DNA from: Chiloscyllium plagiosum
Taxonomy: Eukaryota
Reading direction: 5' to 3'
NCBI RefSeq assembly: GCF_004010195.1
Contig: NC_057745.1
Coordinates: 20,270,943-20,334,942, forward strand
DNA length: 64,000 nt
In this document: positions 36,780 to 48,800 of the stretch, in pieces
Layout of the letters: every line of letters starts with the position of its first letter
How positions within the stretch are numbered: the stretch's first letter is position 1
The notes under the pieces: generated by a model
What the model was told of the DNA's origin: nothing
The model's database searches: none
What the model saw: the letters and a program-made list of their open reading frames with translations, nothing else
Translations under genes and position numbers: made by a program

Positions 36780-37460
36780 GAAACCCTTAGCCCATGGTTA
36801 CCATGGAAGCATTATTCGGCTCGAGCTGTTTGTTGTGGCAGCGGAGCCTTGGTAACGGCGTCTGATTGGTTGTTCGTCATGACGGAGGCGTGTTCGACGG
36901 GTGTTTGTGCGGTGCATTCTGGTTGTAGTCCGGGGGCGGGGGAAGAGGCTGGTTTGGTGAGCGGGGAAGCGGTTGGGCTTGGGACTGCAAATCCCAGAAT
37001 GCCGCGCGGTGAGGCGGGGTTGCGCGCAACCGCCCTGCCGGGAGGGGGCGGGGCTTCGTTCGGCAGCGTCAGTCAAAACATCACAAGAGGAGGGGGTGGG
37101 GTCGGGGCTGGCCGCAGCCCCTGGAGGCTGTTGTTTTTTAACGGGTCAACAACAGCGTTTTACTTATCGCCGGCTGAAGGGAGAGGCGGCAGGTAAGGCT
37201 TGCTGGGGCCTGGTTCGAGGCCTGGCGCGGGAGGGAGTCGCGATCGTCGCTGTCTCCCGGGGTGACGGATCGCGGGCCCCAAGGGGGGGGGAGGAATTGG
37301 TCTGAGCTGGGAAAGGCCGCGGGCGTAGGCTGAGGGGCCTCGGGCTCAGGTTAACCTTATCCTGCCTCGAATGACCCATTTCCCCGACTCCTCCCCCGGT
37401 TTAAACCGCTCCGGCGCCGTCCCTGTTATTATTGCTGCGCGCTGGGGAGGAAGCTTCGCA
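36780..37460. promoter_or_regulatory. CpG-island bidirectional promoter shared by PIERCE2 and CCPG1
   Basis: GC/CpG-rich island in an AT-rich background. X-box-like GTTACCATGGAAGC at 36797-36810 and GGAGCCTTGGTAAC at 36843-36856; inverted CCAAT at 36865-36869; GC boxes near 36933, 37013 and 37045; ZNF143-like sites at 36914-36929 (-) and 36984-37002 (+). Confidence 0.85.
37075..37192 (+). other. CCPG1: CCPG1 non-coding exon 1 (start approximate)
   Basis: Strong donor CAG|gtaagg at 37192/37193 inside the CpG island. The exon holding the CCPG1 ATG has an acceptor at 42757 and so needs an upstream exon. Confidence 0.65.
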
Positions 37461-38939
37461 AAGTCACTTGTTTGTTTTTGGTCCAACCTCTACAGGCTTC
37501 AGACCCCACTGGCTCTGGTTTTCCTTCACACAGATTGCAAACGATTGCATGATCTGACTGCACTCTCACTGACGTAATTCCCTCCTCCCCACCCCCCACC
37601 TTTCCCCCGTTTCTTGTGGAAATGGGAGTAACGCGCACCTCTCAGACTGCACGGTTTACTGAGGAAGGCTGGAATTAAACCGGACCTCCGCCAGCGCCTT
37701 CTTCACAGCCAAATCTTTGATCGCAGTTGTTGATGAAACCGTCCTCTCACAGCAACAGCCGACGAGGAACAGTTGCTGCTGTTGTTGACATTCTCTTTTT
37801 TTTGTTTTGCAAACCATGATCTGCATTTTGGGCAGCGCTTTCTGCACTTCCCTAATTTCCCTGGGAAGGCAGGTCACAACTAAGTCATTGCTCCCTAACT
37901 TTTCAACACTATCCCACTAGCCGTTCCATGAGCCATTCCTTACAGTAGTGCTGACAGTAATTACAACATGGGCCTGGAAGGATCATTAATGAAGATTTAC
38001 TATCTCAAACTCTCATGAAACACCTAATTCTTAAAACATGATTGCTATGAGATGCCAGGGAACAAACCATAGAATGGGGCTAATATGATTTAAGGATGCA
38101 ACATGTGCATCTAAGTCAAAAGTCAAGAATTTCTTAATTCTGCTGTTAGCCTACCAAGGATTCAGATAGAAATCTCAATCTTTTATGGAATATGCTATGA
38201 CTGTCTTGGGGAACAAGGATATCATATCCTTCTTATGTTTGAGGTTGCAAAGCCTTTTATTTTGTTAGCTCTGAAGTGGTCCTGCTTCTTTTCCCTCCCC
38301 CATATGACTCCTGGTTTTTGTCTGGCATTTTTCTCCAGCAGCACAACTGTCATTGACAGTTCAACAAAGTGGAAAATTATATCATTCCATGGTTACAACA
38401 CAGGAGGAGGTAATTCAGCCTGCTGGAATGACTGTGGGATACAGGCGGGCAAACAATGCATTATCTCAATGACTATAATTTCAGTAACTATTTTTGGTTT
38501 TATTCAAACAAAAAATTTGCTTAGAACTGGAAGAGAATTTGGGCTAAGGAGGTCTATTTTATTCTGAGTAATTTCAATCGTGCCTCTAGTATTATTCCTT
38601 CATCTCTACTAACCTATTTGGTTTTATTTTCAACTCGTTTATAATATTGACTTTTGTCACTTGTTTGAGAACTTATTTTGCTGTTATTTTTAATGTAAAA
38701 CCAAGTTGCCTAACTGCTGTTTTTGCCCCAAACTCGTCTCCTTTGCGTCAGAGAATGATTTGCCTAAAACATTTTAGTTAATCCCTTCTGTCATTTATGA
38801 TTGTGAATTTAATCTTTAGATTCTCGTTTGGTTTGTGATTAATGGATGTTATAAGTATTCTTGTGGTAATAAAACTATTAAAACAGTGCAGAATATTTAG
38901 CATCTTGAAACCAATTTTAAACTGTAAGTATTTCACGGA

Positions 38940-39222
38940 ATCCTGACAGTGTAGAAAGAGGCCATTTGGCACCTCCAGTCAGCACTGATCCTCCAAAGAT
39001 CATCTCTCCCAGATATAACCCCTACACATCCCTGTGACCCCATTTATCATGGCTAATGCACCTAACCGGCATGTCTTTAGACTGTTGGAGGAAATCAGAG
39101 CACCAGGAGAAAACCTAAGTAGACACTGGGAGAATGTGCAAACTCCACACAGACAGCCACTCAAATCTGGGTCCCTGGCACTGTGAGGTAGCAGTGCTAA
39201 CCACAGTGCCATCGTCCTGCCC
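38940..39222 (-). mobile_element. HE1-type SINE (older copy)
   Basis: GGCACTGTGAGGTAGCAGTGCTAACCACAG, reverse complement of the head. Confidence 0.8.
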
Positions 39223-41168
39223 TAAATAGAGTGCTGAGATTAGAGTAACATTTCTAAGAGGCACAAGTGCATGCTCGCAGTAATAACTGGAACACGGAAA
39301 TAGAGGAGGATGGTTGAAACAGCCCTTAAAACAATGACCAATGTGTCTTATCCAGTTTTGTTCCTACTTTGTATTTCATTTGTAACTTTCTGCCCTATAT
39401 CATTGGTATTTTTCTATGGGTTTATTTTTTGTCTATTTATGTGTTTAATATACTTGGTTAATCCTTGTTTTTACTGTTTTGGATTGTTGCCTTTTGGAAA
39501 TGGAAGCTGTATATTGTTATTTTAAAAAGCAGGGATATTCTTTGGCTGGGAACTACTGATCCTCCAATAAAAAAAGCCTAAATTTGTCGTCCTTTTTATC
39601 ATAAATGTGTAAAATGGAACCACTGCAAACCAAAGATGAATTCAGAATTCAAAATATACTATTAACTAAAATTAAACTTCCATTTGCAATGTAGTCTTTT
39701 CAGTTCTGTACAACACCTTTCCAGTTTTTAAGTTCTAATTTTTTTTTTAAAAGTGCAATTTTAGACTTTGTAACCTAATCTTATCCATATGTTTGTTTTC
39801 CTTTAAAAATAGTTTATTTTTCTTTTTGATGTCAGTATTTGGAAGAAACTTTCAAAATACATTGTATCCCAGTCAAAAATCAGGATCATCCATGCATGGA
39901 ATAAACGCTGAAGATTCACTTTTTAATGTGTATATTATCAACCACTACTGAGTGCTGGATGAGTGAACATTGTATTTTGAACTTAAATTGGTAATTAAAC
40001 AGAAAGATAGATATTTGTGGGTATATGAAATTTAAGATTTTTTGACATGCCACATATAACATTGTGGCACAATCGGCTATTTACAGAACAATACATGTAA
40101 TTATTCCGGTCCTTTTGTTTGCGGTGTAATTTTTGCTATGAAGTTTCACTACTGATTTCGCAATTATTGAAAACACTTTTCCTCAAAATATTGCATAATG
40201 TTGCAAACTTTTTAACAAGTGTTAACCTTCTTCTTATCTGTACTAAATACAACCCCAGTTTTGATTATTTCAAAAATACATATTACAAACCATTATATGA
40301 AAACTGGATTGTTACGAGTTGGGGGTTTGTAGCATGTTAAATCTTTTAGCGTTTGAGCTGCAATTTCACTTGGGTCTTCTATAGACCTCTATAAAACTTC
40401 CATGCATACTCATGTGACACAGCTAATCACTTGCTGCCTGATACTAAATCTGTTTGGAATAAAGTTCACTGCATGATATCATACACCTCAGAATGGGTCC
40501 TGTCGTTTGCTGAGACCATTTTAAAATTTGAACTGTCACTTCTTCTGTTCAAGGACTATAGTGTGGAATAGTATCAGCATTGAACTCCAATTTAATTATG
40601 TACCAATTATGATTCAACTGCCCTTCATCATGCTGGACAATCAAGGTTCCATTGTAATTTGTAGAAGAACATATGGTGCTGATCTGTTTTGCTACTAGCA
40701 CATAATTATTATTTACAAGGCGTAATAAAGGGCATCTAATGGTAAAATTTCAATCCTTGTCAATCCTTCCTGTATTTTGATTTGATGCCTCCAGGATTGG
40801 ATTCCTGAAAATTGGATTTGATAGTTTGAATGGGTGTTGATCTAAGCAACCATGATTCAATATGTTCTCCATGTGTTTACAGAACACATGAACAAATAAT
40901 CTAAATGCTTAGCCTCTAATAGTTTTCTAGTGCAAAACACTGAAGTTAGGAGCATCAGTAATCCACTAAGCCTATCCAGGTTGCTACACCATTCAGTAAG
41001 ATCATTGCTGCTTTGAATATGTGCCAGAAAGTTTGATTTATTGCTCCCATAACTGATCAGTAACAACTAGGATGAGCCATATAGTATACATTTGAGATCC
41101 ATGTTTTTGCTTTCAATTTAATTCCATACAGTAGTTACAGTACAGTTAGGAATACCATATGCATTGAG

Positions 41169-41375
41169 GATTCGGAGATGCCGGTGTTGGACTGGGGTGT
41201 ACAAAGTTAAAAATCACACAACACCAGGTTATAGTCCAACAGGTTTAATTGGAAGCACACTAGCTTTCGGAGCGGCGCTCCTTCAATCACCTGATTAAGG
41301 AGCGTCGCTCCGAAAGCTAGTGTGCTTCCAATTAAACCTGTTGGACTATAACCTGGTGTTGTGTGATTTTTAACT
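41169..41375. mobile_element. Penelope family B palindromic element with a 12-bp TSD
   Basis: Near-perfect ~80-bp arms with two opposed, damaged hammerhead cores at the centre; TSD ATATGCATTGAG at 41157-41168 and 41376-41387. Confidence 0.9.
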
Positions 41376-41652
41376 ATATGCATTGAGAGCAGTGTGGCAT
41401 TTTTTTTTGTCACCAATGCGATTAAACATATAGAGAAGGTGGTAAAAGCTTTTGGCATCTTTCAGATCCCATGGTGTACCTGTTTTCCATTTCGGGTGAA
41501 TAATGCTGAAAGCTGTATTGCACTACAAAATTAATGCCTGTAATCTGCACAATCCTGAACAATTGCAGTAAACAGGCTTACGTAGTAGTGTACTCTTAAT
41601 AGCAGTTTCATGAGTTTCTATGTTACTTTCACTTTGAATGCAAAGTATTAAT

Positions 41653-41954
41653 GGGTGGCACAGTGGTTAGCACTGCTGCCTCACAGCGCCAGAGACCTGG
41701 GTTCAATTCAGGCGACTCTCTGTGTGGAGTTTGCACATTCTCCCCGTGTCTGCATGGGTTTCCTCCGGGTGCTCCGGTTTCCTCCCACGGTCCAAAAATG
41801 TGCAGGTTGGTGAATTGGCCATGCTAAATTGCCCATAGTGTTAGGTGAAGGGGTAAATGTAGGGGAATGGGTCTGGGTGGGTTACGCTACGGTGGGTCAG
41901 TGTGGACTTGTTGGGCCGAAGGGCCTGTTTCCACACTGTAAGTAATCTAATCTA
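41653..41954 (+). mobile_element. HE1-type SINE
   Basis: Same sequence family as 556-836. Confidence 0.9.
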
Positions 41955-42772
41955 TTACACAATTGAAAAACTTTCTGAAATATTAGGCAAATCTGGGTTT
42001 TATGAATGGGGTAGGATGCAAGGAGGGTGGGTAAATAAGTTGGGTAAACATTGTCTGAGTCTGCATCTTGGGTATGACATTTAGTCTATGAAAGAAAATC
42101 AAATTAAAAAGAGTTTGCCCTTGATTGGCTTGAGGAGCAAAATAACCCATTCCTGTTCCTTTTTTGTATGTTTGTGATTAAAATAACTCCACGCCTAGTT
42201 GTCTTTCAGGTTTAAGTTCAAGTTCACATTGGTAGCTGCTAGAACACTCCGAGTTTTAGATTGGCTTGTACATGCAGTCTAAAGGTGTCGTCACAGGGAT
42301 AAATTTAACATCTATATATAAATATAATATTGTTGAAAGCCCCAATTTTATTTTAAGTTTGAACTGTGCTGTGCAGCTGTTCTTGTGAACAGTGACCTTG
42401 CCATCTAGATAAGGTGCAGGGAGGAAAGATGGGTCACATGATTACTCAAACAAAAACAAGCTGTTCTTACTATATACTGTGTGGTGTACTATTAATCCAA
42501 AGTTTTGTTTTTAAAATTGGCATAAATTTTAATTATTTCCTAGTTTTAATTAAACAGAATAGAAAGCTTTTCCTTTGGCATATACGTGTTGGCTTTTTGA
42601 GTGCCATTTAAGTTTAAAGAGTGTTGTTTGGGTTCCAGAAACATTTGTTTACATGTGTTATTAATAACAGACCAAACAAAATGATTGTGGTGTGGAAAAG
42701 TATTGGACTTAAACTTTGATTTTCTTTTGCTAATTTTGGTATTGTTTGTTTTGCAGTTACCTTGGCATAAAG

Positions 42773-42832
42773 ATGTCAGAGAGTTCCAGCGATAGTGAAT
42801 CATCCTGTGGTTGGACCATAATTAACCATGAA
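42773..42832 (+). CDS. CCPG1: CCPG1 first coding exon (exon starts 42757)
   Basis: ttttgcag|TTAC; [20 protein letters not shown] containing the LIR W-T-I-I; donor GAA|gtatat. Confidence 0.92.
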
Positions 42833-45800
42833 GTATATTATACTTTTCTTATTCCATTTCTTAAGCCCTGTGATATATTATAATTGTAGTTTATCTGTGC
42901 ACTGAAGAATTGAGTTATTAAAAATTGAGATGTAAGAACTAGTTATGCAATAACTTGTGAATTTTTTTTTAAAAAGAAGGCAAGATTTTGCTTTGCATAC
43001 TCTGTTACAGAATCATGTTCCAGGTATTTTATAAGTGTTTATGACTTTGGTGCACATAAGGGAAATTCCCCATCCCTCACTATTCTTTCGCATTGGATTA
43101 TATAGACTATTGCACAATGTCTATATTTGCATAGTTTTCTTTGGAATTGGTCACTTAATTAACAATCTTGCCACTATTTTATTTTCTTCCCAAGTGACTA
43201 GAAAAATATATTTGTGCATACCTATGATGTAGTATTTCATATATATTGTGAAAGTCCTAACTATGTTCTACTTGGAGTACAGAATTTGTCTAGATTGATG
43301 TCACAAATGCAAGATCTTCACAATTATTTAAAAATAAATCCCTCATTGAAAAGATCTATAAAGAGCTTCTGATTAAAATATATCATTAACATATGAGAGA
43401 AAGTCCGTCGTATTTTTAAGAGATAAAGTAGTTGTAATGAGAAAAATTGGATATTGTGTATTAAATCTTTATTGAACAAGCTATTTAAAGTAACACTGCA
43501 AACTTGTTATTTTTAAATGTCGTTCATCTATCCTGGATGTTTACTGTTGCTGGGTGATTGTCATTGACAGAAACTGATCTTGACTAGCTGGTCACATATT
43601 GTTGTGACAACAGCAGGTCAGAGGCTAGGAAGTTTAATGAGAGTAAACCCCAAAGTCTCTCCATCATCTACAAGGCAGAAGTCAAAAGGATGATGGAATG
43701 CTCTCCACTACCTAGATGAGTACATTTCCAACAACACTCAAGCTAGAAATCATCCAGGAAGTCCACTACTTTGATTATTCACTCCCTTTACCACTGATGC
43801 AAAGTTGCAGCAGTGGGTAATTTCTAAAAAGGTGCACTGCAGTAACTCCTCAAGGATCCTTTGACAGCACTGTCCAAACCTTTGACTTCTGCAATTAGAA
43901 GGACAAGGGCAGTACATACATGGGGCCCAAACCAACTTCGACTTCCGTTGTAAACCATACACCTGACTTGGAAGTATATTGCCATTCCTTCACAGTTGCT
44001 AGGTCATAATCTCAGAACTTACTTTAGTGCTATTTTGGGTGTTCCTACACCTCAAGGACAACAGCAGTTCGAGAAGATAGCTTAAATTTACCTTCTCTGA
44101 GGCAATTACAGATAAGCAATAAGTACTGGCCTAGCCAGTGATGTCCACATTGTGTGAAAGAATGTTATTTTTCAAAATGAAATAGACCCATCATATACAG
44201 AATTAGGGCATAATGGTTTCTGTTCACTATTAGGAGAAAGTGAGGACTGCAGATGCTGGAGATCAGAGCTGAAAATGTGTTGCTGGAACGTTTCGGGCAT
44301 GAGCCCCTTCTTCAGGAAGAAGGGCTCATGCCCGAAACGTCGATTCTCCTGCTCCTTGGATGCTGCCTGACCTGCTGCGCTTTTCCAGCAACACATTTTC
44401 AGCTCTGTTCACTATTATGTTTGTTGTAACTGTCTGGTATAGTAGAAACATCACAAGATGAAATGATATGTGATTACATGCTGTATGTTTCAATGTGCAA
44501 GTATACATAAATGTCTTTTTTTTTTAAAGATTCTGAAACAGCAGTGAAAATAAATCAGAATAATACTGAGTATATTTTGGGAGATGTTATTTCTAGCTAA
44601 AGTTATTGTTCTTTGATTGTCTGCCTTGATGATGGAGAAATTTGCCATAGAAAGTGTGTCTTTCTGTCCTTCCTAACCTGAGTGAAAATTATTTGGTATT
44701 TTAACTGGAAAATATAGATAAGCATATGGAGTGGTATTAAATTAATCTGGCAATACTACCTTTGAGTTGATTTCTTATTTTGGTATCAGATTAATAAATT
44801 ATGCTGATTTGCATTATTTATTGATGCTCTTATCTTAAAGTCCCTCTTGGGACAGAACTAAAGTTTGGTTTTCTGGAAGAAACGGTATCTGAGGTCAATC
44901 TCAACCACAAAGCTGGTGGTAATGACTTGTTTTCGAAACTTTCCAGACAAGTGATCATCTTTTTATATTCAAAATACTTGCTCCTTTTTTTTTGCTGTTA
45001 ACTTCCATTCCTAAGTGGAACCCTGGAATTAAAGCTGAAATAACTGCTCTTTACATTATTTTGCACTTTACATGAAAAAATACTGTTCTACGAACCGTGG
45101 AGCTTTAATCCAGTATATCACTGCAATTTTCATATACAGTATTATCTAAAAGTTTTGATCAATCCAAATGTGAAATTTCTCTAACAATATACTAATTGCA
45201 TTGTGGCCAGAAATATTGTAGTAATATGATACTATTCTTTTTAAGACCCTCTTTTTCTAATTGATGTTATGCAATATACATATTGAAATCATCCAACCTT
45301 TAATGTACATTCGGTCCTGTTAAAAATTGTGGAAACCTTTCTCATTTCATTGTAACAGGATATTTTGCATCACAAAAGATGTAGTTTATAATGTGGATAA
45401 AATGTTATTAATTTTCATAATAAATATCAAGAAGAGGCACTCAATCCACTAGAGTGCCTTTAAAGATGGATCTGTTAGTAATTATTAATATCTTTATAGT
45501 TGTTTTCACCTTAGTGTCCATATATTGTTAGTGTACTGGTAAATAGTCTCTCCACCCCTTTTGTTTGAGCACATATTCCCTATTTTTCTTAATGAATTGT
45601 TGAAAGTGACCTCATATAAACGCATTAGTTAAATGTGTTTTCACTGTCTTACTTCGTGCCAGGTTAACTTTCTGTGAAACAAATCCATACATACTTAATT
45701 GAAGGTTAGTTGCTTTCTGAAGGGAATTTCCATTGCAGCCCAGCTGTCAGTTGAAACATGAATTTATTTTGGGAAATGTTGGTATAAATGGTGCGTTTGA

Positions 45801-48800
45801 TGCAATTGTGTGTGGCATGGATTTGGGAATCTAGATGATTCCTGAGAAATATTGGAATATAGAAACAAGTAGAGACCATTTAACCCCTCAATCCTGTTTC
45901 ACTGTTCTGTGAATTCATGGCTGATCTTCAGTGTAACTCCATAGACCTTTCTTTGTCCAATATCCTTTAATATCTTTTGCTAACAGTTACCTTTGGATGA
46001 CAGAAGTAATGGGGGATTATTAACATAACAGTGTTCCTGCTAAAAGGCCCATGTTGTTTAAATGCAAAGTCTGTGGGTGCACTGTTTGGATTGGATTACT
46101 AGATTTGATGGTTCTCCCAACTATTACAAAAGTTTCAAATTGAGACTAATGTGTCTCTTTAACGCATTGGTTGAATTGCTATGAGAAATGCAGCATTTAA
46201 TGATTTTTGTTCTGATTTGTCTTCAAAACATCTTGCAAAAAGTGATTTGAGGTATCTGGCACAGACTAGAGAATTGAGCCTAGCTTCCCGTTAACAGAAA
46301 CCTTAAGGAGTGGTTTGACCTCATAGTTGCTTGGCATAGGAAACCAAGCTACCATTTTCAGGGATCTATACTTATGACGAAATATAGTTCAGAATATCAT
46401 TTTCTTCTATAAATATTTTTATTAAAGACCTTTTTTACAAAACATCTATGTACACAAGAAAAATCCACCAAAAGACTGAAAAGTAGAGAGACTACAACAA
46501 AGTCATAATAGAACATAGAACAATACAGCACAGAACAGGCCTTTCGGCCCACGATGTTGTGCCGAACGCTTGTCCTAGCTTAAGCACCTATCCATGTACC
46601 TATCCAATTGCTGCTTAAAGGTCACCAATGATTCTGACTCTGCCACTCCCACAGGCAGCGCATTCCATGCCCCCCACCATTCTCTGGGTAAAGGACCTAC
46701 CCCTGACATTCCCCTCCTATACCCACCCTTCACCTTAAATTTATGTCCCCTTGTAACACTCTGTTGTACCCGGGGAAAAAGTCTCTAACTGTCTACTCTA
46801 TCTATTCCCCTGATCATCTTATAAACCTCTATCAAGTCACCCCTCATCCTTCACCGTTCCAATGAGAAAAGGCCTAGCACTCTCTGCCTATCCTCGTACG
46901 ACCTATTCTCCATTCCAAGCAACATCCTGGTAAATCTCCTCTGCACCCTCTCCAAAGCTTCCACATCTTTCCTAAAGTGAGGCGACCAGAACTGCACAGA
47001 GCACTCCAAATGTGGCCTTACCAAGGTCCTGTACAGCTGCAACATCACCTCACAACTCTTGAATTCAATCCCTCTGCTAATGAATGCTAATACACCATAG
47101 GTCTTCTTACATGCTCTAACCACCTGAGTGGCAACTTTCAAAGAGCTATGAACATAGACCCCAAGATCAATCTGCTCCTCCACCTTACTAAGAACCCCAC
47201 CGTTAACCCTGTATTCTGCATTCTTGTTTGTCTTTCCAAAATGGACAACCTCACACTTGACAGGGTTGAACTCCATCTGTCACTCCTCAGCCAAGTTCTG
47301 CATCATGTCTAAGTCCCTTTGCAGCCGACAACAGCCCTCCTCACTATCCACAACTTCCCCCAATCTTTGTATCGTCTGCAAATTTACTGACCCACCCTTC
47401 GACTCCCTCTTCCAAGTCAATAATAAAAATTACAAACAGCAGAGGACCCAGAACTGATCCCTGCAGAACTCCACTTGTAACTGGGCTCCAGGCAGAACAC
47501 TTACCATCTACCACCACTCTCTGACTTCGACCGGTTAGCCAGTTCTCTATCCAACTGGCCAATATCCAACTGGCCAAATTTCCCACTATCCCATGCCTCC
47601 TGACTTTCCACATAAGCCTACCATGGGAAAGCTTATCAAATACCTTACTAAAATCCATGTACACTACATCCACTGCTCTACCCTCCTCCATATGCTTGGT
47701 CATCTCCTCAAAGAATTCAATAAGACATGTAAGGCAAGACCTATCCCTCACAAATCCGTGATGGCTGTCACTAATCAAGCAGTGTCTTTCCAGATACTCA
47801 TAAATCCTATCCCTCAGTACCCTTTCCATTACTTTGCCTACCACCGAAATAAGACTAACTGGNNNNNNNNNNNNNNNNNNNNNNNNNNNNNNNNNNNNNN
47901 NNNNNNNNNNNNNNNNNNNNNNNNNNNNNNNNNNNNNNNNNNNNNNNNNNNNNNNNNNNNNNNNNNNNNNNNNNNNNNNNNNNNNNNNNNNNNNNNNNNN
48001 NNNNNNNNNNNNNNNNNNNNNNNNNNNNNNNNNNNNNNNNNNNNNNNNNNNNNNNNNNNNNNNNNNNNNNNNNNNNNNNNNNNNNNNNNNNNNNNNNNNN
48101 NNNNNNNNNNNNNNNNNNNNNNNNNNNNNNNNNNNNNNNNNNNNNNNNNNNNNNNNNNNNNNNNNNNNNNNNNNNNNNNNNNNNNNNNNNNNNNNNNNNN
48201 NNNNNNNNNNNNNNNNNNNNNNNNNNNNNNNNNNNNNNNNNNNNNNNNNNNNNNNNNNNNNNNNNNNNNNNNNNNNNNNNNNNNNNNNNNNNNNNNNNNN
48301 NNNNNNNNNNNNNNNGTCGTATCTGTTCCTTGAAAAAGTTCCACATTTCAATGACATCCTTCCCTGACAGCTTATGCTCCTCAGATCCTGTCTTGCAGCA
48401 TCGTATTTACCCTTCCCCCAATTATAAAGCCTACCCTGTTGCATGCACCTATCTCTCTCCATAACTAAGGTGAAAGTCACAGAATTGTGGTCACCATCAC
48501 CAAAATGCTCAGGACACAATGCACAAACACTGCCCCGTCCAATCTACTTGATCTAAAGAGCTTCCAATCAATATTTGGGAAGTTGAAATCGCCCATGACT
48601 ACTAACCTGTGGCTTCTGCACCTTTCCAAAATCTGTTTCCCAATCTGTTTCTCCACATCTCTGCAGCTATTGGGGGGCCTAATAGTAAACACCCAACAAG
48701 GTGACTGCTCCTTTCCTATTTCTGACTTCAGCCCATACTACCTCCAAAGGCAGATGCCCCTCGAACTGCCTTTTTGCAGCCATTATACCATTTCTAATTA

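Noticed and set aside
36796-36804. ATG|gtaacc as a PIERCE2 coding mini-exon
   Set aside because: Splicing to the candidate acceptor at 36566 gives ATG GGA CCA TGA, out of frame. It is better explained as an X-box, though a UTR intron is not excluded.
36768-37379. Several overlapping 70-140-aa ORFs
   Set aside because: Expected stop-codon scarcity in a GC-rich CpG island; no recognisable protein.
41288-41322. Active hammerhead
   Set aside because: The core reads CUGAUUA (G8 mutated) and the opposite-strand core is also broken. The cores at 19481, 34072 and 44314 are similarly damaged.
41206-41375. Palindrome as a pre-miRNA or MITE
   Set aside because: The sequence is a multi-copy Penelope pLTR with variable 12-14-bp TSDs and asymmetric arms, which is not DNA-transposon or miRNA architecture.
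45436-45460. 8-bp hairpin AGGCACTC/GAGTGCCT
   Set aside because: An isolated short stem is expected by chance in 64 kb.
47549-47578. 15-bp tandem duplication
   Set aside because: A post-insertion mutation inside a dead CR1.
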